Of a DNA stretch of 36,560 nucleotides, positions 22,023 to 33,844 are shown in pieces (positions within the stretch are counted from its first letter, which is position 1; each line of letters begins with the position of its first letter). The translations under genes were made by a program, and so were the position numbers. Under the pieces are notes generated by a model. It ran no database searches. It was not told the origin of the DNA and worked only from the letters and a program-made list of their open reading frames with translations. Origin of the DNA: Thelocarpon superellum (lineage: Eukaryota); NCBI GenBank assembly GCA_026025795.1, contig JAPEUG010000149.1, positions 1 through 36,560 of the forward strand, in the 5' to 3' direction.

Positions 22023-25000
22023 TCACGTAATCGATGTGGCAACCGCTGGAGCCACGCCAGCCTCCGCCGGCGGCCTCACACCGCCGCCGCTGTGAAAGGC
22101 GTGGGGCACCTTCTCCGACAGATTCACCGCCAAGAAACTCTTAGGCAGCTTCACCCTATAGCAAAATCCGCAGTCAGTGGCCGGACGAAGGTGCAGGCAG
22201 AGGGGAGTGCGGGCGGCCACGCGTGCGAGACGTACGTATGAAATTTGGCCCGTAGCGTCTCGATGACCTGCTTCCAATCGGCATGCGCGGTTAGGCTCCG
22301 CCGTGGTGCGCAGCCAATACAATGTTTCGCGTCCAGCTGGACGTCCAGCGGATCATGAGTATGGCAGCCCGGTGAGATGGTGATGCGGATGCTATAGGCA
22401 AAGCTGTCAGGCTCCTCGGGAGGGGCATCGGCCGGTGTTTTATTCTCGGACTCGTACAGCTCGAAGCAGATCTGCGAGAGGTAGTCCAGCTCCGGGATGG
22501 CATTGCGCTCGATCTTGGTGTGGATGCCTCCCTCAAGGATACAATTGAGCAACGTGTAGATGTGGGATTCCTTGGTGAAGTAGATGAAGGACTTGGCGTG
22601 ATCCGACGCCTGCACTTCCTCCAGATCCTTGACGATCTCTTTGAGCAAGGGCAGTGACGTGAGCAGTCCTATCTCGAGCTTCTCGCGGTCCTCGATCCCG
22701 TACTCCTGCGGTCCGACGAAATCAAACAACACCTTGGCCAGCTTGTAGAGCTCCCTCAGCTTCATCAGTCGCGAGTCTGGCTTCGCTGAACTCCGCTCAC
22801 TGCCCGTGTAGAGGGAGAAGTATGAGGCCGGCGGCTCGTCGGCCGTCGTTGATAGACTCACTGGCGCCGGAGGCGCGCCCCGTCGACCAAAGCCCATTCG
22901 TTGAGCGATGTTCGAACCGCCGCTCACCGCGGTCGTGGACGACGTCGCCGCCCGCTCCGGCCCCAGACTTTCACTCTTGTCCGAGCGGGTGTCAGATGCA
23001 GCCGAGGGTCGTGGTTCATCACGCGCATCCTCGCCCGGCAGGGGAGCGTCTTTGGGGTCTTTGCAGTCTTTGATGACCTCCTCCTCGAGGATGGCCGTCG
23101 TCGGCGTGAAGATCCACTCGAGAAATTGACGGTTGTGCAGTGCGTCAAACTTCATCGTGTCATAGAGTTCCGATGTCTTGCTGGGGTCAACCTTATCGGT
23201 GTCGCAAAACTCGGCGAAGAGCTTCTCCCATCGTTCACGAAACAGATCGGCGTCCTCTTGGCAGCACCACCGGGACTGAATCGACGCGACCAGCTGCATA
23301 GGCGGCGAGGCCGAGGTCGACGACGATCCAGATAAAGACCCGGCGGGCGCCGCCTCGGGTGGATTGGCAATGGCCGAAAGTGACGAGGATGCGGCGCCGG
23401 TGAAGAGCCGGCTATAGTTGTATCGCATCACGCGTCGATGGAACTTCATCAGCTGGACCACATTCTGCAACACCACGGATGGCTCGGGCACCCCCTCTTT
23501 GGGCCAGGCGAACTGTGGGGGCGGGGTGTTGCCTTCGCGCAGCAAGGTCTTCAGCCGCTTCTTCACCCGGTCCATCTCGTCTTTGGCCGCGTTCGAGTCA
23601 TCCAGCAGGTCCTTGCGTATCACGAGATAATCTTCGGGGAGCTCCTTTTCCGCGAGGAAGGCGGCCGCCCAGATCCTCGCACTGGTGCTGACGCGTCGCT
23701 CCGAGCTCGTGTAGACCGATACGTCTTCTAGTACCTCGCGATTCATAAGCATCATATCGTTTCGCATGTTCTCTCCCAGATCCTGCGACTGGTATCGCGC
23801 CGAGTGGGTCGGCTCTCCTCCCCACTTGACGATGAGCTGCAGTTTATCCAGCACGAGGTTGTTCTCCGCGGCCGAGATGCGTGAGAGCGTGACACTAGAG
23901 ATGGAGTCGCTACGGGACAACACTGCCCCGAGGGCGTCCGTCCCGGTCGGCGGAGTACCCGCTCTCTCCGTGGCCACGCGCTCAGGTGTCATGGCGGCAG
24001 GCATCTCGTCATGCTTCCGCTTCCGGAACATGGGCTTGATCTGCACCTTGGTGCCAGGCCACGCCCCTTTCTTGGCCAACGACGTCCGCAAAAGCCTCAG
24101 CTTGTCGCAATCTTCGACGCCCTCCTCTAGGGCAACTTTGGCGGCATCCAGGACGCTATCGAGCGCCGCCTGCCCCACAAGCAAGACTTCTTCTTGGTGC
24201 CCCTTGAGCAGGTCGACGAAAGGCTTGGTGTGGAAGGTGAATTTGAACTTTTGCTTGGGCGTTCGATCGGCATGTCGGATCACAGCCACCATGCCCTTAA
24301 GCTTCCACGAGTGTTTGGGGGCGGGCAGCGTGCGGTCGGTCGGCACGTCCTTTCCCGGCATTAGGTGGGGCGCGGGTGAAGGGCAGGAGGACTCGGCGCG
24401 GTCACCAGACGACGCAGCGGCCATTGGGGCGTGCGGAAACAGCTCGGCGTGATGAGTCGGGAGGGTCGGCAATTGCGGAGCCCACACTCGTTCAAGACTA
24501 GGTGGTGACGAGATGGGCGGGGTCAACGCGGCGAGATCAGGGGACGTCGGTGGTGCCAGACGACTGCCGTGGTGATGACCCGATATCTTCGATAGGCTCG
24601 GTGACCGATTGAGAAGCGTTTGGAGAGCGGAGCGATGGCCGGTGGCGTTCTTACGGCCCTGGCGGCCCGCCGGCGCGCCGGATCGCTCTGAGGTGTTTTC
24701 CCCAACACTCTCCGTGGATGAGGCATTCGCCTCGACCGTCTTTCCGTCTCGGGCTTCCTTGTCGCGGATGAACATCTGGCGTAAGATTGAGGCGCACTTG
24801 TCGTAATAGTCGTTGTTGTCCTTCACAAAACTCCACCCATTCACGTCGATCACGTAGCTCTTCCCGCCAACGCGTAGTAAGTCAAACCCGCAGATGCGCT
24901 GGCCAAACCCCTCGGCGATCCTCCCCGCCATCGCCGCTTCTTCTCGGTTCAAGCCGGTGACATAGCGGACCTCTTTGCCATGGGTGTTGCGGCGCACGAG

Positions 25001-27037
25001 CCCATCGACGACAGGGGACTTGCGAGTCTCGGCGTGGCAGTAGTCGGGCCCGACGGTGTAGGCCTTGACATCCTCCGAGTTGTCGACGTGCAAGAATTGC
25101 TCGTAGACATAGCTGCTCTGCGGCTCGGTGATAGCGCGCGGCACGATGATGGCCTCATCCCGCTCGGAGCTCTTGTTGCCGACCTTCCGGAAGAGTTTCC
25201 GCCCACCCCCGCCCTGGCTCTTGGGAAAATAGATGCGAATGTTGTGGTCCTCCCCACTCACAGGCTTCTCGACAAAGGGCTTCTTTAGCATCACGCCGTC
25301 TACCCGGAGCGTATCCCCATCGTCAATGAGTTCGATCTGACGCGGGCCGGAGGCGCCACCACCCCTTCCATCCGATGGACCATCAAGCTTGACGCCTGTC
25401 TTTTCGAAGACATGCTGGGCCAGTTCTTTGGAGGCCAAGGTCGGGCCTCCGTCACGGTTGACTTCGATGCGACGCGGGGTCGGCACATTGATCCGGTCCA
25501 GGATTCGCAAACAGATGCGGCGGTCCCACAGAATCTGCTGCATGGGCAAGTCGTTAACGCAGAAGGGGCGGCGCAGTTGCCAATAGGCGATAGCTTTGTC
25601 GAGTGGAAACCCATCGGAGAAGAAGGAGATCAGATAATCGCAGATGGGCCAGTTCTCAACGTCTTCGTCTAAGATCACCTTGTCACCAAAGACGACAACC
25701 TCGAACTCGCCCTTGGAGATGAGACGATTGAGAATATTTCGACTCGGCTTGCTTCGAGCTTTGACGTCGAGGGCACAAACGCCAATCTTCCCCTGGCGCG
25801 GCATCTCTGCGTCCCTGTCCTGCTTGAAGACATGCGGATGGGTGTCACGGCTGGGGCTTGCGGTACCGTTGCTGCTGGCGCCGGTGCTGTTGCTCATCCT
25901 CCGTTGATTGGTCCGGCTCCGGGATCGCTGCGAGGGCTGAGTCCGCCCCGCGTTGCTGGTGGACCACGGGAGTCGCCCAGGGGCGCCGGATGCCGGTAAA
26001 GAGGTCTGCGAACCATGGGGGCGGAGCATGCGGGGCGGCTCCATCTCCGGCTTGGGTGCGAGGTGGGGACCAAGATTCGGGATGGGGCCGAGGTCGTCGG
26101 TGATGGAGGAGGTGGTGACGGAAATGGGGCTGGTGGCGGCGGTGGCTGTCATGGCTGCATCCCCCCCGGGTGACATGACGGCGCCCGACAAGGCCGCCTT
26201 CTTCCCTGTGGAGGATTGACTGGGCGCATCGCTCGTGAGAGATCCCACGGAACTGGGGGCCTTGACGGGAAGGCCTTGCCAGAGTGAACTGGAGGAGTAG
26301 GACGACGAAATAGATTGTCGCTTGAGCTCCTTATCGACGCTGCTCGTCGAGAGAGATTCCGGCGTGAACTTGGCCACGTCACGCTCGTCCATATTCTCGG
26401 CCGCCATGAGGCGCGCCGATGCTGGACCCTGATCTCGACGGGGATCCTGAGCCGGCGGGGGCAAGCGTAAAGGCGACAATGGAGGGAGTGGCGACGGCGG
26501 TGTGGCCAAGGGTGGCATGGAAATGCTCACGCGACCGACATGAGCCTGGATGGTGGACGCCTCGCAACGGCGGCCTTTGCGATTAGGGGACGAGGCGGCC
26601 GAAGTCAAGGAGTGAGGATACGATCGATCATACTGCTGCGCGGGCGATGACCGACGGGTAGAAATTTCGCTCGCGGCGGTTGGTGAGAGAGCTTGGTCCG
26701 GAGACGACCTAGATGGCGTGTGCGCGACCGGAACTGGCGCCGTGTTAACTCCAAATGGGCCGTCATCAGCCGTGCAAAGTGTATTTGAAGGGTACCCCCG
26801 CCGGGCCACGGTCGCGCCGTCCCGGTCTCGGTCATCGTCGCGATGGCTCGATGGCGGATCGCTCAAAGGTGCAGGTCCCGAGCCATTACGGGCTTGGTTG
26901 GAGAAGGCAGATACGTCTGACCGTCCGTTCGCGTCGGCTGAGGTTGGTGGGGATAGGAGGAAAGCGCCCAATGGGGAGCGCGGGGCCAAGGCGGTCAGTG
27001 GAGGGGTGCAGGTCCGGGAGCGGCCCTCCGCAAACAT
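22023..27037 (-). CDS. VIP1: Inositol hexakisphosphate/diphosphoinositol-pentakisphosphate kinase-phosphatase (VIP1/Asp1/PPIP5K), up to ~1644 aa; complement(join(22023..22155,22236..27037))
   Basis: ATP-grasp kinase domain ([51 protein letters not shown]) and histidine acid phosphatase domain ([24 protein letters not shown]). Terminal intron 22235-22156 (GTACGT...ACTGAC...TAG) gives [16 protein letters not shown]. The true start codon is uncertain. Confidence 0.96.
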
Positions 27038-27511
27038 GTTCGACCGTGGCCGTCACTCTCTTCGTCTCCCTCCCTTCCACACCTCGATGGATCGAACCAA
27101 CGTCTACTCGTACACGAAAGGTGGACAGACCTTAATTTGAGACGCCTCATTCTTCCGTTGCTTCTCACGGGGACCAATTGCCACCGTAGCCCGTGGAGCT
27201 TGTTGTGCCCGAACGTCATCTTGTGTGTGACATGATTGGAAGCGCGGTCGCTTGAGGCTCTTCGCCACTACTGCGGGCTATCTTTAATGTAAGGCTGGCC
27301 CTGGGCCTTTTGACGCGGTAGCCTATCGGATGACACAGAAAAAGTTGGAAATCACGTAGGGATTTTGTGAGGCCCCACCCGTGACCACCGATCGAATATT
27401 GACGGCTGGTGGACCTTTCTAGATTGAAGTCAGCCACGGCAGGCACCATGCATATGACAGGACCGCGATGGTATCTGATCAAGGCTGTAGGATAGATGCT
27501 GTTTGAAAAGG

Positions 27512-30500
27512 ATGCCGTCCGCGGCCCTGAACAACCGCTCCAGCCATGGTGCGAAACGGCAGAAGCTCAGCAATGGCACACTCTCCACTGCTCCTGCCCG
27601 CCTCCCCACCTCACGCATCTTTGCTCCCTTTCGTGTAAGTCAGGATCAGATCAATGGAAGATCCTCCACCTCTTGGTCAACTCTGACACTCACCCAGACC
27701 ATTGGCTTGGTTTCTTCGACCACCGTGCCCTTCACTTCCATCCCGCTTGGCAAGACAACCTTCCAAATCACCACCTCCGTGGGCCGATGTCTCCAGACCT
27801 ATGATCTTCGACGAGGCTTACATCTCGTCTTTTTGACCCGACCGCAGACACCTGGCACCATCACTGCTACCGTTGCGTGGAAAGACCGCATATTTGCAGC
27901 ATGGGAAGCACCGGAGAAGACAGTCAAAACAGGGGTGTGGGTGTTCAAGCGGGGAAAGAAGATTGATGAGCTCGCCATGTCTCTCCACACGGATGGGTCA
28001 ATTCGAGCGCTGTGGATCTTTGGATCGTGGATCGTGGGATGCCGCTCTGCTGGCATTGAGGTGTGGAAGTCTCAGACCTACGAACACTACACCACTCTCA
28101 CACCATCTCGTCTGCCGAATCGGACAACTTCCCCTCTCTTATCCGGGCCCATCTGTTCCCTGCCGACCTTCCTCAACAAAATCTTCGCCGCACGAGAAGA
28201 TGGTAGCGTGGAGATATGGAATCTCAGTACTGGGTAGATTCCCCCGTGCAGATGTGCGTGATTGACGACCAGTTCTGACCGAGGCAGCAAATCAATCTTT
28301 ACCATCTTGCCCCCTTCATCCAACGCCGGTCGCGTGGTTGCGCTTGAGCCCGCCCCAGCGCTGGCGCTTGTTGCCATCGCATATGAGGGTGGTGCAGTCA
28401 TCGTGCATGACGTGCGGCTCGACACCACCGTTCTTCAACTGCGGCTGGACCCCGCCACGAAGGGTGTCATCTCTTCCATCTCCTTTCGCACCGATGGGCT
28501 TGGTGCGGGGGATGATGGACGAAAAGCTGGAGTCATGGCGACCGCAAGTCGTAATAGCGGTGATGTGACGTTCTGGGATTTGAACCAAGGGGGACGTATC
28601 AAGGGTGTCCTCCGTGGCGCTCACAATCCCCCATCCACCACCAATTGCGAGGTGTCGGGTGGGATCAACAGGGTGGAATTCCTGTCCGGACAACCCGTGC
28701 TGGTGACTGGCGGGCTTGATAACGCCCTCAAGACCTGGATCTTCGACGAGACGCCTTTCTCGCCCATCCCCCGCATCCTCCATGCACGAAGTGGGCACGC
28801 TGCGCCTGTGACGCAACTATCCTTTCTTCCTACTGAAGCTGACGGCGCGGATACTGGAGGGAAATGGCTGCTCAGCGCTGGCGATGACCGGAGCCTATGG
28901 GCCTGGAGTCTACGTCGGGATGGACAGAGTACTGAGCTCAGCCAAGGCAATGTCAGGAAGAAAGCGCGAAAGCTAGGCTTGCTGGGCGTTGACCCACGAG
29001 CGACCGAGCCTAGCGCCAGCCTGGAAGACCTGAAGGCGCCCCATATCGTGTGCATGGCCACATCACTGAACCGCGATGGCGGAATGGGCGCGCTCGCCAG
29101 CAAGACTCACATCTGGCAAAATCATCGTGCGCGACCTCAGAAATCATCCGCCAACGATGCGCAGTCAAGTAGCTCGACCGGATGGGAAAGCATCGTGACT
29201 GGGCATGCAGGCGATAAGCTGGCCCGCACCTGGTTCTGGGGGCGAAAGAAGGCCGGGCGCTGGGCCTTTGAGACTGGTGATGGCGGAGACGTAACGGTAC
29301 GTTCTCCTCTCCCGTGAGGTTACAATAGAAGGATATTAACGTGGGGCGGAGTAGAGCGTGGCGATCACGCCCTGTGGAACATTTGCGTTGGTGGGGTCCT
29401 CTCTTGGTTGTGTCGACATGTTCAACCTACAGTCGGGCCTCCATCGCCAACGATTTCCCACCAAAGTGACGCCCGCGCAAGCTCGTGCCCTCCGCCTTCA
29501 GCAAGCAAGCGTTGGTGACCTCGCGTTGGTGCCACACGATGGCTCTCACTCGACGGGGTTTGCGCGAGGTCAGGGGAAGCATACCAAAGCGGTGACGGGA
29601 TTGATGGTGGATGGCATCAATCGCACCATGGTGAGCTGCGGCTTGGACGGGAAAGTCAAGGTTCGTGTCCCTTGTGTGGTACGATTGGATGATGTTGAGG
29701 GGTCAATAGTTCTGGGACTTTGCCACGGGCACCTTGAGCCACGAGATCGATTGGTCCTCCATGACGGCCATCACCGCCGTTCGTTTTCATCGTGCCAACG
29801 ACCTTATTGCGTTGCGTTGTGAGGATTCATGCATCCGCATCATCGATCTCGAGACGAGGAAGGTAGTGCGGCAGCTTCGCGGTGGTGTCGAGCCCATCCA
29901 TGATTTGGTATGATTTCCCGTGCGCCTATGTTGTTCTTCTGCTCACGTACCGGCTCCAGACCTTCTCCCACGACGGTCGATGGATCGTCGCATCTTCTGC
30001 CGACTCGGTGCTCCGCGTCTGGGATCTTCCCACCGGACACCTAATCGATGCGACCCGCCTCGACAGCGTGTGCACTTCGCTAGCCTTCTCGAGCACGGGC
30101 GATTTTTTGGCCACAGCACATGATGACGGCGTTGGGGTCAACATCTGGTGAGCGTCAAGCGGGCAAATAATTGGACACAGCGCTGGCATGCTAACGTTCG
30201 TCCCAGGAACAACCGCGCCCTCTTCACGCATGTTCCGACGCGACACCTCTCGGAAGCAGAGGTGGCGGCGATGGCCCACCCGACCGCGTCTGGCGAGGGT
30301 GGCGAAGGAGTCCTGGCGGGCGCGTTTGCGGATGTTGATGATGCAGTCGCGCTTCTTGATGACAGCAGCGTTCTGGCCGACCAACTGAGCCAGGATCTCA
30401 CCACCCTCAGCCTTGTCCCCAGGAGCCGGTGGCAAACGCTTGTCCACCTTGATATCATCCGAGTAATTTTGGACACGCATGGCATCCGTGAAGAAGCTTG

Positions 30501-31112
30501 CTGACGACGAGACGCAGCAACGCAATAGACCACAAGAACCGCCAAAAGCTCCCGAGAAGGCGCCGTTCTTCCTGTCCGCCATCGACTCCGCCAAGCAGGC
30601 CGAGCAGGGTCTGGGACGTGATGAGGATGCGCAAGCGTTGATCGAGCGCTCTCGGATCATGAAGATGGACCGGCACAGCGCTGCGGGTGCCTTCACCACG
30701 TTGCTGCATGCGGGCCATCAAGCCGGAGATTGTAAGAGCCAGCGTCACCATCGAGGGGACACAGCTAACGAGCCCCTTCCCAGACGAACCCTTCCTCACG
30801 CATCTCAAATCTCTCTCGCCAGCGGCGGTCGACTTGGAGATCCGCTCCCTCAGGACGCAGAAGAGCCCGAGTGAGCTCGGACTATTTGTCTCGGTGCTGA
30901 CGGACCGGCTGCGACACCGGCTGGATTACGAGCTGGTCCAGGCGTGGATGTCCGTCTTCCTGCGCCTTCATGCCGAAGTCATTGCGCAAGACGAGGCGGT
31001 CAAGATGGCTTTGCGCGCATGGCGGGCGGAGCAAGAGCGGGAAGCGACGAGATTAGCCGCCACGATGGGATATTGTGCTGGTGTAGTGAGCTTCCTGCGC
31101 AGCGCTCGATGA
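27512..31112 (+). CDS. UTP21: U3 snoRNP / SSU processome WD40 protein Utp21 (WDR36), ~1052 aa; join(27512..27634,27698..28233,28288..29296,29355..29660,29710..29907,29960..30147,30207..30462,30518..30731,30784..31112)
   Basis: SRIFAPFR-TIG N-terminus, WD40 repeats, ELSQG, LSLVPRSRWQTLVHLDIIR-QRNRPQEPPKAPEKAPFFL and LKSLSPAAVDLEIRSL...DYELVQAWM (Utp21 C-terminal domain). Eight introns restore one frame. Confidence 0.95.
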
Positions 31113-31772
31113 GGTATTAGCTCTCGCGATATGCTAGCATCGGTACTCGTCGATGCCGTCCTCGTACTATACTGCTTTGGAGGCCTTTACTGTGGGTAGC
31201 TCGTGAACTCTCGCTAGAGACGACGAGCTCCCTAGGGAAGGACACCCACGACGCCCGTGGAAGCAAGCGAAGGGGAACAGGTACGAGTAACATACTCTCG
31301 TTCGGACCACGCCAGTTCACCGCCTCGACAATTTTGACGATGCATCTCAGCGTGTTCAGCGCCGGGCGCTGGACTACTAGTGGCATCCTCGTATCGGCGA
31401 TGAGATCGACAGTAACATGATTCTCTGGGGCGATTTCGGACCCCGGGGTGGATCGGCCTGACGTAAGATGTGTCGCACGCGGTCGTCAATATCGGCGTAG
31501 TCGCCAACGCCAGATTAGCCTCGAACCCGTTTCCCGTCGACTGACGCGATGGATTTATCCGCCACCGCAACGCACGCGAGAGAAGGATCGGGGAAGCTCT
31601 TCGCGTGTGCTGGTCTGGAAGACTGGACGGGTGGGCACGGTCAATGGGGTCCCGCCACGCCGGCATAGTCAGGGAGCCACGCCGGCAGATGGTGTCTTCG
31701 TTCACTTGTCCGCGAGGCCCCTCCGCCCCCCTGCTCTATCAGAGAGGACCCTGCACCGCCATGACCCCGGCC

Positions 31773-31843
31773 TGACTGGTCCGACTGGTCCGACTGGTCG
31801 TGCTATATCTGACGGCAGGCAGCGCACGCGCACGCGCACGCGC
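31773..31843. repeat. (GACTGGTCC) x3 followed by (GCGCAC)n alternating purine-pyrimidine tract
   Basis: tgactggtccgactggtccgactggtcg ... gcgcacgcgcacgcgcacgcgc upstream of the IMPase gene. Confidence 0.7.
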
Positions 31844-32224
31844 AACCTGGTTTGGAATCGGTCCATGGGCCGAGGGACTGGGGGCCAAGAGGGAGGCGAG
31901 TGGTTCACGGTGGAGGTGGAGGGGCAGGCGGAGGCGGAGGTGTGGAGAGAAGGAGAGAGAAAGTGGGTCCGTGGCGCACACACCACTCAACCAAGTGTCA
32001 ACACGACACCTCCGTCCATCGGAAAAAAAAAGAGCCTCACCAACACAGCTAGCTCTCTCGAGCTCGGTGCGAGATACTTTCCGTACACAAGAACTCTTCC
32101 CACTGACTCTCGTGCGACCACCTATCGTCCTTCTCACCCCCCGCCCGTCGTGTGTTCGTAGCATTCCGCCACAAGTCAACGCAAACAGTGTAATCACTGC
32201 CGCCCTTTCATCCCATTCCCAAAC

Positions 32225-33343
32225 ATGGCCGTCTCCACGCCGGACCTTCAAGAGATCCATGATTTCCTGATATCCATTGCCCAGAAGGCCGGTGAGATGA
32301 TCACGGCCGCCAATCCAACGACCGCATCGTCTGGGTCCAAGAAAAATTGTGAGAGGGGCGACGATCCAGCCAATGTCAATGTCGATGGCGATGGCAGGGC
32401 CAAGGCTAATCCTTCGATGATGCTCCAGCCGCTGATCTGGTCACCGAGACGGACCAAGCAGTGGAGACCATGGTGTCGAAAGCATTGATGTCCAAGTACC
32501 CCTCCTTCAAGTTCGTCTCCCTGGACGCCGTGCTCGTCCCTGACCATGACCCAGGCCCTGACCAGCTGCAGATTCCTCGGAGAGGAGACGTACCAACCTG
32601 GCACCGTATTGACGGCCGAGCCGACCTTTGTCGTCGACCCAATTGACGGCACCGTCAACTTCGTGCACGGGCACCCGTACGTGTCCATCTCGCTGGCGCT
32701 CTGCATCAACCTGGTGCCCATGGTGGGCGTGGTGTACAATCCTTTTACCTCGACTCTCTACTCGGCCATCCGCGGTCAAGGAAGCTACCTGAACCGCACG
32801 CGACGACTCCCGCTCAAGGCGCGACCGGAACCGCTGAGGGGCCTGAACAACGCTCTGGTCGCCGTGGAATGGGGCAGTGACCGGCGTGGCAACAACTGGG
32901 ACGTGAAGATCAACACCTTTGCCAACCTGGGTTGCCAGGACGGCGCCATGGTGCACAGCATGCGTTCCTTGGGATCGGCGGCGCTCAACTTCTGTGGCGT
33001 CGCGGCTGGCACGCTCGACATGTACTGGGAGGCCGGCTGCTGGGCGTGGGACGTGGCGGCTGGGTGGGTGATTCTCGAGGAGGCCGGCGGCATCGTCGCC
33101 GACGCGAATCCCGGCGGATGGCACCCGCGCGTCGACGGACGCCGCTACATGGCCGTGAGGAACCTCGGTCCCGCAGCCAATGGAACCAACGGAATCAATG
33201 GAGCCAACGGCACCAACGGAACCAACAGATACCACGCGGAGCATGGCGATGCCAAGTCAGTGACAGTGACCGGCAAGTCTCAGAAGGCCATGGTGGAGGA
33301 ATTCTGGACGCACGTCGCGGGCCGCTTTGAGTATGAGCTGTGA
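32225..33343 (+). CDS. Myo-inositol monophosphatase (INM1/INM2-like), ~325 aa; join(32225..32348,32429..32510,32572..33343)
   Basis: KKNSADLVTETD, FLGEET, VVDPIDGTVNFVH, RSLGSAAL and WDVAAG motifs. Two introns (GTGAGA...GCTAAT...CAG; GTTCGT...CTGAC...CAG). Confidence 0.95.
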
Positions 33344-33844
33344 CTCGGCCCCCCTGCGTTCTCGGTACCTTCCTCCCCCGTCCCTTTCCCCTTCCCTTCT
33401 CTTTTGCACTAGATTTTCCTCTCGTCACGCTCCCAAGAGATGGTTGTCATAGATAGACTTGCGTATAGATTGCTTTAGCGCGGGTATGTAGGTAGACGGA
33501 CGGAAGGAGGAACGAATAGAAGAGCGAGCTAGACGGCGGAAATGAGAGAAGATGAGATGGATCGGCACAAGAAAACCTCTCGAGAACATCATATGATGAA
33601 CCCAATTGAGCCCAGATACCGTGAAGCAAAAGGGGATTGGATCCTGCGATTTGCAACCAACTTCATGTCACATCTATTCTTGCTCTAGCACTACAACTCT
33701 GAAACCTCCCAGACTCTTGCAAGACAGCGCCATAGCTAAAGACATGCAGCACGGACACATGTCCTGTCACCCACACCCGCCCACTGTCTCGACTTGGGGG
33801 AGGGGAGGGGAGGGGAAAGGAAACCAAAAAAAGAGCGCTGGTAA

